DNA of 63,987 bases, counting the filler, from Conidiobolus incongruus B7586 (taxonomy: Eukaryota), in the NCBI GenBank assembly GCA_000697335.1. It is 6 parts of 6 records of this genome, joined end to end, with 100 filler letters (N's around TTAATTAATTAA, not from the genome) between each part and the next. Parts side by side here need not be neighbours in the genome. Positions count along the whole stretch, not along the records: positions 33,342 to 45,028 come from JNEM01000131.1; positions 45,129 to 53,872 come from JNEM01000132.1; 4 more parts are not named here. One strand, written 5' to 3'. Position 1 is the first letter of the stretch; the number at the start of each line of letters is the position of its first letter. The position numbers and the translations under genes were made by a program. Of the stretch, positions 36,521-48,100 are shown in pieces. The notes under the pieces were generated by a model, which was not told the origin of the DNA, ran no database searches, and saw only the letters and a program-made list of their open reading frames with translations.

Positions 36521-38929
36521 CTAACAAAACTCTTCCCTAGGATCTTGGCACTGCGATATGAGTCTACGTTGTCGTTTCCTCAAATAAACCTCCATAATTT
36601 GCTCTTTGATAATGTCCATACCATCGTCGAGAATTTTGCGAGTAAGTCCCTTCAATTTATCTGTATCTTGTTCTTTGTACTGGAAGTTGTACGTGGAACA
36701 GAATGCCGCTTTGGATGGCTTGAAATCGGGATCGTAGTCCGGATTGGGGAGGAGTGGGAAGTAGATCACTTCAACTTGACTCATGTTGGGGTCTTTGGTT
36801 TTGATGGGTGGAATGATGATGGATTTAAGTTTGGTATAACCATCTTCGGTTTGTTCGAACTCTGGAGTACCGCTATTCCAGTGACTGAACTCACGGTGTT
36901 GTGAGTATTCGCATGCCCTTTCAAACCATTTCTGGTTCATGATGTCTTCGCTCGCATCCATCACGATCACAATGTCGACGTGCCGCTCGGGACGCATTAA
37001 AGAATAGAGAGGGAGATTGTTATCCATACCTGCATCCATAAGACTGAGGAGAGGTGCATCACTTAGCCCTGCAGCAAACTTTCGTCGGCGATCCGGGTCG
37101 ATATCACTGCGTTTGATGTAGTTTCGCAATAGTTGACCTTTATCCAACTGGTAAAATGGATTGTAGAAAGCGGTGGGAGTGATTGGATGAACTGCTTTAG
37201 CTTCATTTCGATATGATGCGAGAGCGTCTGCCATCCAACTTCCTACACCACCTGGAAGTGCGTTAATGACTTCATCTAGAATATGGGAAACTGTAGCCGT
37301 AAATGCTGATCCATACACCCCCATGAGCGTACCCAATCCCTTCTCCATCTCGCGTTTGACGTTTTTCCCATTTTGAAACTCTCTACCAAAACTGAAAGTT
37401 GGAATCCATACCCCAAAGTCATAGGTACCGAATTCGAATGGTGTGAATTCAAACCATTGGAAGTCATGAGTCAGTTTCATTTGACTCTCTTTACTTTCTT
37501 CATCTGCTTCTAAAATCTCATGACGAATACATGTGTAAATAGGTAGTGGAAGTTTACCATCCTTCACAAGCTCTGACTGGTGGCTCAATTTGAGGTCATT
37601 CCAATCAAGCTTTTCTGAGCCATTGGGATTAAAAGATACAAGAAGTCTACTAGTAAGTAAAGTTCCAAAAAGATCCACCATGCCTCTCGGTTGATCAGAA
37701 TAATGCTTGTAAATTATATCGGATAGAATACGGTCTCCCAACCGATCAGTATTGATTAATTTGACAAATTCTTTGTAACTGTCTATAGATACTGATATTC
37801 TCTCTTTAATATGCTGATTCAACTTCAGGATATCGCCTTGACAGGTAGAATAGAATTGTGCAAGACACCAGCACGATCCAGAAACACCGGCCAAATAAGT
37901 TGTACAATCTAGAAGACCATGTTTTTGAGCTCCTGTCAAAAATCCTAAGGTACTGACCATTGCTCGATAACCACCACCACTTCCAGCGATACTAATTATT
38001 GGAATATCGTCTTCATGCACTTCATCTTCAGGCAGATTAAGAAATTGAGCAAATTTCGTTTTCATAAACTGTTTTCTTGCAGCTAAAAAATCAACTTCCT
38101 GTGTCGGAAGCTCTTTACCCCACCTCACACATCCATCCACATTTAATTCTTTGTGAAGGTTCTCATCCTGCCTCAATGCAATCACCCTGTCAATCCTATC
38201 CTTATCCAAAATTTGTGTGAGCATCGTATTAATCGTGGAATCAACCAAAGCAGCAATTGTATCCATAGGATTTGGTAACGATTTGCTTAGTTCGCTCCAC
38301 TTGGTATTAAGTGTGGGCAGGGATTTTGACATAGACTCCCAATGTTCCGTCAGTTTTTGGTTCAGTAAATCCCAGCCCGTTTTGTCACTATTGGATAGAC
38401 TTTTGGCGAGAGGATTAGGTATTGAGGAAAACCAATTCACGGGATTCCATCCGTTTTTAGTCTCTTTCGAAACATTGTCATTAATTTCACTGTCTTTTAA
38501 ATTTTGTGAGGATTTCTCATCAGTTTTCTCATTCATATTAGGTTGTTTTGATAATGACGGTAACCAATTCTCAGGTTTCCAATTACTTTTTTCAGATTGG
38601 GAAGCTTTATCATCCTCATTACTAGCTTCATCTAATTTCGAAGTTTTATCATCTTTCTTCTCATTAATATTAGGCTGATTAGAAACTTTATTCAATCTTA
38701 AAGTTTGATAAATACTAGAACCTATACCCAATAGTCCAAAACCTAATTTGAAATTGTAATTATTATATTTGTTACTCGTGTTAGTTTTGCTCTTCTGTGC
38801 GGAATCTATAAAAATAAAATTTATATTAGAAACAAATATAAATAATATTATATTAATTAATTTACAATATCTATTAAATACATATATTGTTTTCAATCTA
38901 TTCGTTTGATGAATTCTTGTTAATATCAT
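36521..38929 (-). CDS. PLAc-domain phospholipase (cPLA2/lysophospholipase family); probable 60-nt intron 38806-38865, giving 782 aa
   Basis: P.ISIAGSGGGYRAM (oxyanion loop and Arg), YLAGVSGSCW (catalytic Ser), PLPIY, WFEFTPFEFG and LMDAGMDNNLP (catalytic Asp). An AT-rich GTAAAT...CTAAT...TTTATAG segment lies near the 5' end. Confidence 0.92.
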   Translation of the reverse strand: MILTRIHQTNRLKTIYVFNRYCKLINIILFIFVSNINFIFIDSAQKSKTNTSNKYNNYNFKLGFGLLGIGSSIYQTLRLNKVSNQPNINEKKDDKTSKLDEASNEDDKASQSEKSNWKPENWLPSLSKQPNMNEKTDEKSSQNLKDSEINDNVSKETKNGWNPVNWFSSIPNPLAKSLSNSDKTGWDLLNQKLTEHWESMSKSLPTLNTKWSELSKSLPNPMDTIAALVDSTINTMLTQILDKDRIDRVIALRQDENLHKELNVDGCVRWGKELPTQEVDFLAARKQFMKTKFAQFLNLPEDEVHEDDIPIISIAGSGGGYRAMVSTLGFLTGAQKHGLLDCTTYLAGVSGSCWCLAQFYSTCQGDILKLNQHIKERISVSIDSYKEFVKLINTDRLGDRILSDIIYKHYSDQPRGMVDLFGTLLTSRLLVSFNPNGSEKLDWNDLKLSHQSELVKDGKLPLPIYTCIRHEILEADEESKESQMKLTHDFQWFEFTPFEFGTYDFGVWIPTFSFGREFQNGKNVKREMEKGLGTLMGVYGSAFTATVSHILDEVINALPGGVGSWMADALASYRNEAKAVHPITPTAFYNPFYQLDKGQLLRNYIKRSDIDPDRRRKFAAGLSDAPLLSLMDAGMDNNLPLYSLMRPERHVDIVIVMDASEDIMNQKWFERACEYSQHREFSHWNSGTPEFEQTEDGYTKLKSIIIPPIKTKDPNMSQVEVIYFPLLPNPDYDPDFKPSKAAFCSTYNFQYKEQDTDKLKGLTRKILDDGMDIIKEQIMEVYLRKRQRRLISQCQDPREEFC

Positions 38930-39943
38930 ATTTTAATAAAATATTTTATATTAAAAAATAAAATATATTGATTAATCACTTTGAAAAAGTAGGATTAATA
39001 ATTTTTGAAGAAAAAATCTATTAAAGTTGGTATTTATATATGCCAAATTGATCAGCATAATATATTGATTATCAATTATTAAGGGTTTATGACGTAATAA
39101 TCAGAATTTCGATTTCATTAGCTATTATCCAATCAATAAAGAAATTGATATTTGGTTTTAAAATATTGGCTAATTTCAAAAAATCGAACCGCAGAATCAT
39201 ATGATTGGTTTTATTATTATTGATTTGAAAGTTGTGACTTGAATATTAGAAATCAACATGTGCAATAATTGATCTTTGATTTACTTTTCATGATCAAATA
39301 TATATTGTATAACAATTTTGAAAATATTCAGTGTTGAGGATTTTTGAGGAATATATAACTTGGTTATTAATCTTATTATAATATAATTGTAATTTGAAGG
39401 GAAATTTTTCGGCATCTATAACAAGAAAACTCTATCCATTAAATATGATAAACTCATCTTGAATAAAATTACTTTTAATTTTTTTATTTGCAGGTTTTAG
39501 ACTTTTAATATATATCTCAATATTCACAGCTATTAAAATAAAACTCTAATAAATAACTGATGGCTAAATTGTTAGATTCAAAAACGATTTATCTGGATTT
39601 TTTGTATAATTATCAAACTTGAATAATTATATATCTCAATATTTGTAATCAGTTATCTGGATTATCTGTTTATATCAGTTTGATTGACTTTTCAATAAAA
39701 TAATTTTACTTTATTGTATTATACACCAAAAGAATTTTGAATCTATTCAGATATTACTTTTATATCTAAACTTAGATATATTCATTAAACAGAATTATAT
39801 TCGAAAAACTATCCAATTCAGATAAGAATAAAATATAAAATATAAAATAATAAATACAAATTCAATAAATTAAAGATCGATAGGTATAATTTGAAATTAA
39901 ATAAAATATTAATATTAAAAAACAATGCATACAGAGATTTTGT

Positions 39944-40029
39944 ACCAGGTGAAATGGAATTGAACCAATGAGCTATAGATTACAGTTTATACTACATTTT
40001 CCGACTCTTTCAACTAAGCTGTAATCAGT
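39944..40029 (-). pseudogene. Degenerate tRNA gene, possibly an intron-containing tRNA-Tyr relic
   Basis: The minus strand shows CAGCTTAGTTGAAAGAGT (D-arm/A-box-like), then TGTAGT-spacer-AATCTATAGCTC, then ATTGGTTCAATTCCATT (B-box GGTTCAATTCC at 39956-39966). The stems pair poorly. Confidence 0.45.
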
Positions 40030-42389
40030 CATTTTCATTAATTAATAATTTATTGTAAATTGTTAAAAACAATGTTATTCATATTTATTATATTTCAACT
40101 GATTATTTTTTATACTCTTTTATATAAATATCTTATTATACCACTTATATTCAATAATTAATAATTTCTTAATTAATTACATTCTTATATTAGTTTAAAC
40201 ATTTGAAAGTCTTGATTTTACAGATTTTTTGTTTATTTATGATTTTACTTATAATATTTAATAATTATAATTGAAATTAATTTTTAGCCATTAAACATAG
40301 TATTAACTCATAATTAATATTTAAATATTACAATTTTATTCAAAATAATACTTAAATTACCAAACTTACTAAATTTCTACTTTAATATTCTATCAATTTT
40401 GATGAAATAAAAAGTTGAATTTATATAGTATCAATGATTTTAATGTTTTTTAACTAAATATGATATTTAATATATATATCATAATATAATCGCTACAAAC
40501 TCTTTTAATGAATAACGCTATAACAAAATATTATCTATTCAGAAATTGATATTTTATATAAATATGGTATATAACTTTAAAGTCAAAAAAGCTTTTCAAA
40601 TAGGTGCAATTAATATATTGTAACAATTGAGAGCAAATATATTTAGTAACCAAAAAATTTGAATTTTTTATTATTGTTTTTATTCAAGGTAATAAATTTA
40701 TTGAAATATAATTTTTAAAAATTTTTCAAGATTAACAGCAATTGAGGAGTAAAATTTGTATTAAGTCATGAAATTTTTTAAATCATAATAAATACCACAT
40801 TATATACATGGTGATAGCAATATATATATTATTGTGTTTATAATTTGATTATATTAAACATGAACTATTGTAGAAAAACAAATTTATACATTGTATACTT
40901 GATTTAAAGGTAGGTTTTTAACCATTCTAATTTTAGATACTTCTTTCAAAATGTAATAAACCCAAAATATATATTTTAAAATCTAAATATTATTAAATAT
41001 AGTATATTCAAGTATAATATGTAATATAGTAATCAATTTCGAGGTTATATATTAATTAATGCTTGATTAACTTCAACGACATGATAACTACTTAATCTCC
41101 AACTTAATACTTCAATTGATAATTAATAATTTGGATAGGGGATAATAATTTTGTCAATCACTCAAGAAACTATAATTACCACGCTGAATTGAGAGGTCGC
41201 TTTGGTAGTTGCTTCTTTCACAAATTGGTTGATTCCATTGCTTTCTGAGAGAGACTTGCTCTTATCCATAAAAGTCAACAATAGCAATAATATAAGATTA
41301 CTGTGAGCAAACCAATAAACATCATTAAATCATCCTCATTCCAAAAGTATACAATCTCTAAGTTTCCTTGCAACACTCACAAACAGCTTTGAGTCGTGAC
41401 AAGCGTGAGATATTTACTTTATTCAAAGAACTCAATTTACACTAAGTCATTTTCAACTTATTTGGTGAAACCCATTAATTTCCCGTGACTTTGTTGTAAA
41501 CCCTAGTTTGCCACTGGCGATTCCCAATTTAAGCCCTAAAAGTCTATTTCCTCACATATTTACAATCGTCTATTTATATATAAATGTGATAAATATACTG
41601 ATTAGTTATTGAAATTATTACAAATTAAAAATTGGTTCCACTCTAACAAATATATCAATTACAAAGACATTTATATTATATTAATGTTTTAAAATAGAAA
41701 AATGTACCATAATTATCAATTCGTATAAACTTTTGATTTTCTGTATAAAATGTATAATTCCTCAATTTTAAATAATTCAATGTATTCAAATAGTTTGAAA
41801 ATATATTAATAGTTTAGATCTGTTGAAATTGGTTAGAAGGTTTCAATAGTGGTTCAGTACTTTATTTTAAATTTGTGTAATATGCAAAATTTATCAATTA
41901 GTGAAACATTAGGGTCTGTACAAAAGAAGCTGAGATAAATACACACTGGTAATATTTTTAATTCTTCTTGATTATCATAATCAAATTGGTTAAATTTAAG
42001 AAAATTCATGTGATCCCAAACTATAATATCTATTGACCAAAGTTATTAATAACCTCTGTTATTTCGATTAATTAAACAATTCCATCTAAATTGTTTTGAC
42101 AACATATTCCAATATAGTTTAATTACCATTTTAATTATTCCATCTATTCTCTTTAACAACTATCAATAATCATACTATATGTGTAAAAATTGATATTTAT
42201 CTTGTGAAATCTTTTGAAATTTCCTAATATTCATCATTATGAAGTAGAATGAGTTGATTCGAAAAGTGGATTAAATCCCACCAGTCATATGATATCCAGT
42301 TTTATAAAGATATGTTGTTTAATATAAATTCAACTTGTACTATGTTAACAAATGCAAAGTATTAAATAACTTGATATCAATTGATTAAA

Positions 42390-43148
42390 ATGTCCGTGTC
42401 ACTGTTGAAAGATCCCAGAACTGGAGGAGTAATACCACCACCTAGAATCGTTGGAGGATACGAAGTAAATCCTCCCTTTAAATACCCCAACATGGTAGAA
42501 ATACAATATCTAGGTTACCACAACTGTGGGGGTATGCTCTGGGACGCTAGAACAGTGATCACAGCAGCCCACTGCAGTACTGGTAATATTTCCTACGATA
42601 CCGTCCACGTTCACCGTCATAATATGACGAAATCCGTGAGTGAGGAGCAGGGAAAGGTATATTCCGTTGTCAAGAAAATTTCACACCCTGAGTTTGATGA
42701 TAAGAATTATGCCAATGATATTGCTATTTGGAAATTGAATAACACGGATTCAACTAGAACTAACTTGGAATTGGATGATGGAACTTATTCTCAACTCGAT
42801 ACACTTCTGACTACAATTGGATGGGGTAAGACTGTAGGTGGTGGCATTTACTCTAAAGTTCTCCAGGAAGTCAAATTGCCTGTATATGATGATGCTGAAT
42901 GTGTTGCCATTTATAAAGAGTACAAAAATGATATTGACTCTTCCGTTCAACTGTGCGCTGGCTTCCGCGAAGGTGGTAAAGATGCATGCAAAGGTGATAG
43001 TGGTGGCCCCTTGTTTAAAATTGAGAACGGTAAGCAATATCTCGTGGGTGTGACAAGTTATGGGTTGGGATGTGCTCTACCTGAATTACCAGGAATCTAT
43101 ACAAGAGTGAGTAAATTGAGGGAATGGATCTTGAAGAATATTAATTAA
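42390..43148 (+). CDS. Trypsin-like serine protease (S1A), 252 aa, no signal peptide
   Basis: PPPR|IVGG activation site, CGG, TAAHC, NDIAIW, GWG, KDACKGDSGGP (S1 Asp present) and PGIYTRVS. Confidence 0.95.
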   Translation: MSVSLLKDPRTGGVIPPPRIVGGYEVNPPFKYPNMVEIQYLGYHNCGGMLWDARTVITAAHCSTGNISYDTVHVHRHNMTKSVSEEQGKVYSVVKKISHPEFDDKNYANDIAIWKLNNTDSTRTNLELDDGTYSQLDTLLTTIGWGKTVGGGIYSKVLQEVKLPVYDDAECVAIYKEYKNDIDSSVQLCAGFREGGKDACKGDSGGPLFKIENGKQYLVGVTSYGLGCALPELPGIYTRVSKLREWILKNIN

Positions 43149-43453
43149 AATTTAACATTCAGCTCTGAGTCATCAATCAAAAATAAAAATCCATAATTAT
43201 TCAAGCCATGATTACATTTAGAATCTATCTAAACTTGATTTTTGACCTGAATGATAACGAGTTTTCTCGTAATTTTTACTAGTCAGATGCTAATTTGAAC
43301 CATTAAGTGGATTGAAAATATGTGAATTTTATGTTAATTGGATAAACAATTGATAAGAGGTACTAATTATGTCATTAAAAGAATATTGTATTTAAACAAT
43401 GCTTCAGTCTATAATAATTAACATTTCTCCTATTTAAATCTAATATAATTGGA

Positions 43454-44221
43454 ATGAGTTTGGAAAATTTGATTAAAGACCCTGTTACTAATCAACTTGT
43501 TCCTCCTGCGCGTATTGTTGGAGGATATGAGGTCCAACCTGAGTTCAAGTATTCTAACACATTTGTTGATATCCAACGTCTCGGTCGCCACAGTTGTGGT
43601 GGAGTACTCATCAATCAGAATACGGTGATCACTGCCGCCCACTGCAGTTTAACCGATATGGAATACGATTCAGTAGTTGTACATCGTCACAATCTCACTA
43701 AGACCACAAAACAAGAAAAGGGTACTGAATATAAGGTAGTTAGCAAATTACTCCATCCCGACTATGTGAGAGCTACTTTTGATAATGATATAGCTATTTG
43801 GAAAATCAAGGGTAAAACAACTTTCAAGCCCACTTTAAAATTGGATGATGGCAAATACGGCAATGACCTGGACAAGCTCTATCAAGTTATTGGATGGGGT
43901 AAAACGGTGTACGGAGGTTACCTCTCGCCAGTCCTCCTCGAAACTAAACTCCCAATCTATGACAACGCCCAATGCGTTGAAGACTATAAGAAAATGAATG
44001 ATACTGTGAATACCGAGATCAAATTGTGTGCTGGTTTTCCCGAAGGTGGAAAAGATGCCTGTCAAGGTGACAGCGGAGGTCCTTTTTTCACAATGGAAAA
44101 TAACCAAATGGTATTGGTTGGTATTACGAGTTATGGTATTGGTTGTGCTAGACCTAACCTTCCAGGTACTTACACTCGTATCTCTAAATTCAAGGAATGG
44201 ATTATCAAGAATAGCAAATGA
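43454..44221 (+). CDS. Trypsin-like serine protease (S1A), 255 aa, tandem paralogue, no signal peptide
   Basis: PPAR|IVGG, CGG, TAAHC, NDIAIW, KDACQGDSGGP and PGTYTRIS. Confidence 0.95.
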   Translation: MSLENLIKDPVTNQLVPPARIVGGYEVQPEFKYSNTFVDIQRLGRHSCGGVLINQNTVITAAHCSLTDMEYDSVVVHRHNLTKTTKQEKGTEYKVVSKLLHPDYVRATFDNDIAIWKIKGKTTFKPTLKLDDGKYGNDLDKLYQVIGWGKTVYGGYLSPVLLETKLPIYDNAQCVEDYKKMNDTVNTEIKLCAGFPEGGKDACQGDSGGPFFTMENNQMVLVGITSYGIGCARPNLPGTYTRISKFKEWIIKNSK

Positions 44222-45028
44222 ATTTAAATCATTATGAAATTACTCTGTTTCCATCATCATTTATTACTCTAAGGATGAAGATTTTATATTTATTCATTAA
44301 ACAAATTTAATAAAATTCAAATAGTATTCTTGATTTTACTTATGTGTTTATATTCTTAAGAATATAAAATATGATAACTTAATACTCTATTTACAATCAT
44401 TAGTATATTAAAATTGATAAAAAAATAAAGTTTTGTTTTATTCAAATTTTCTAACTTATAAAGTCAAAATATGTATATAATTTCTAGCTCCTTAGCTATT
44501 ATTCAATATTTGATATATAATAGAAATCAAATTTTCACAGAACATAATTTACAATCATTTTTATTTAAAGAATTAATTTATTTACAGCAAACATCAATAA
44601 AAAATATTTGTTTGATTTGAAATAAAAAAATATATTACTTTGGATTTAAAGAAATTAAAAATTTTTTAATTTCTGATCTTTCAAATATATTATTAATTTC
44701 AAATAATAAAATATAATCCAAACAAATAAAAGAAAAAATAACTTTAATATATATATATAATAGTTCTTTTGATTAAAAAATTAATTTTTAAAATTAATTA
44801 TTTAATTTAATTATATTTAAACCAAATAATAGTTATCAAAATTATTATTTTTTAGTATTAATAAAAATCATTAACCTTTTAAATTTATTTAAAAATTTTA
44901 AATTATTTTTAGTGATAAATTATTATTTATATTAAATATTTATTATTAAATATATTATTTGAAATCTAAAAACACTCTTTAGATCTTATTAAATTCAAAA
45001 AATTAATTTTAACCATTATTATTTTAAT

Positions 45029-45128
45029 NNNNNNNNNNNNNNNNNNNNNNNNNNNNNNNNNNNNNNNNNNNNTTAATTAATTAANNNNNNNNNNNNNNNN
45101 NNNNNNNNNNNNNNNNNNNNNNNNNNNN
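45029..45128. other. Assembly gap spacer
   Basis: 44 N + TTAATTAATTAA + 44 N. Confidence 0.97.
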
Positions 45129-48100
45129 AAAAGTTATTAATAATAAAGTAAAATATTATTTTTATAATATTAATTTATTCTTATATGTTATATATTAGAT
45201 AATATATTAAGATTCATTTATATAAATATGATTACTTAACAAATAAAGTAATACTTTTATTTTTTTAAAATAAAATTCAATTATAATATTTTTATTTTAT
45301 TTTCTATTAATTCCTTTGTTTATAGAGTTTAGATTTCTTTGAAAATTCGATAATATTTTGTATTTAAAGATAATTAATAATATTAGTTATTGTTTAATTA
45401 ATATAATTTGGATATTAATTATATACAGGTAAATTCGTAGATATCAAATAATGTGTTGATTATTTTTTAAATGATCATATTGAAATTAAAAGACCAAGGA
45501 AAATTATATATATATTATGTCAAGATACATACATTAACTGATATTGATATTATATAAATTGAGAAAAATTTTTAAATTGCTTATATAAAATAATAATTTT
45601 TGTGTAATTCTAGATATTTCCAATAATGTTAATTTGAAACAAATAGAAAATTTTCAATATTGTCCGAATTTGAAGTATAAATACTAAGGAATAATCGAAT
45701 ATTATCAAATAATATTTTTATTCAAAAAATGCAAAGCTATAATAATATGGGTCCAAATCCAAATATTTATCCAACTTTATACGTGAATACTAAACATACT
45801 CAAAATACTAAAAAATCTGGATGGTTATCAAATTTTGTGTACTGGAGAACCTATTCCTTTACTTATCGTAAATTGATTTTTTGGTAGTAATCATACAGAT
45901 ATTAGAAAAATATTTTGAATTCTTTTCTACAATGAGAGCTGATATGAAGAAAATATCGTGAACTTAAAAACTGTCATTTAATATAATAAAAATATAAAGA
46001 TATATTCAAATAGATTTTCAGGCCAAGTACCATTATACATTGGGTTTCTATCCTTTAAATAATTAATAATAGTTTGATATGATATGTATAGATTAATAAA
46101 TATGCACCAAAATTCTGCATAACATACAACTTGCAGATTTTAATAACCCTTACATCAGAGCGTTCATGAGTAAGAATTTATTGAAAAATAGATATTATTA
46201 CGAATTATTTAACCAATATAATCATTATTTATAAAGCCATAGTTTCATTTATATTCGGCATCATTCTACATTTCTTGGATCACATAAAAATAATGTAATA
46301 TCAAATATTCAAAATCATTTGAAAAATTAATTTTGATTCGAGAGAATCTGTAAGGGACTTTTTTACAAATAATGGTGAATTACATAAACAATCAGCTTAA
46401 AGTGATTATCCCAATTCGAAATAAAGTAATAAGTATTAAAACATTCAACTTGAGACAATATAAATACACCTACATTATCTACTAAAATATTTAATTTGTT
46501 CGAAAATGTATTATACAACATATTTCTATGTTTTTACATACCCTTATCCCATTGTATATCCGATGGACTTTACAAGTACGCCATGCTATCAATATCAATT
46601 AAGAAATATTGACTGGAAGAAAAAATTCAAATTTAGTTTGAAAAAATCTTCCTTTATTGGAAAATTTAGTCTTGGATCCAATTCAAAGAAAAAGAATATA
46701 TTAACAAATTCTAATATTAATCTGATATAAACAATATTGAATTATATTTTGATATTATTATAATAAAAGTATAATTCATTTTTGATTAATATATCATGAA
46801 TGTATACACAGCTTTTGATTATAAATTGACTTTGAAATTTAAAAAATTAGTTTAATATTAAATGAAGTTCGACGCTATATATCAACTGATGTCCATGAAA
46901 TATAAAACTAAAGTATATATCCGATGTCATGTTTAATTCATTAGATTAGCTCCTTGAATATTTTGTTTCAAAATTTATATTTCTAATTTTACACATATTT
47001 AATTGTAATATTAACAATTCTATTTGTACAATTTTATTTTATTTGATATTAAATTTTGATATTTTTTTTAATTTATCTATATATTTGAAAATATCATAAT
47101 TCATCATTTATATATGTTTTTATTATAAAAATTATTCATTGTTAATTATATTTTCTTATAATTAATAAATATTTTCAGCATCTAAAATATTTAATTATAT
47201 ATTATGAATAATAGGATAATTTATATCTATAACTTTAATATATTATATTTTTTATGAAATAAAAATATCCAGTATTATTTCAATGAACAAGATATTTAGA
47301 AATTTATGCTACATTATTTGGACACAATTAAAAAACCATTGCTGTAATATTGAGTGAAACATATTTCTGAAATATTTACACAATGCATAAAAATTGCATA
47401 TTTCAATGTAAATTGAAATATAGTGTAAAATTTTTAGTCTTGCAAAAATGAATCATTATGAATTTATTTCTGTATAAATATATAACCAAATATTCATATT
47501 AACAAAAGAATATAAAAGCATCGATATTATAATATTGCATCGTATAATCAGAGCAAATAGATAAACCAAGCTTATATATTTGTATTGATATTTAGGTTTT
47601 AATTTTAGGATAAAACACTAAAATTGAAATATAGTAACATTATTTTATCATTGATTATAAAGAAATCAGTATCATCATCAATAATATTTACAATTTGTCT
47701 TACTTTTTGAATTTCAATTATAAAAATAAAATTACATTATTAAATGATAAGGATATATTGTAATCATGAATTATATATTATAAATTGATAATAAATAAAC
47801 TCTTATTATTACAATATCTTCATTTTATGTTTCTCTAGAGATAATAACTTAATAAAATACACTTTTTTAAATTTATATTTCAACTATAAAACATTTATCA
47901 AATATCAATTCTGATTTCTTTAAAGAATTATATTCGAACTACTAGATCAATATAAATAAATTATACTAAATATAATTTATTTCAAAAAGCTTAAATATTA
48001 TAAGAAATATTTTAAGTTAAACAAAAGATTATTACAGTGAAAATTTAACATTTTGAAATTAACTTATTATAACTAGTAATGTATTTTAAATAAAATTAAA

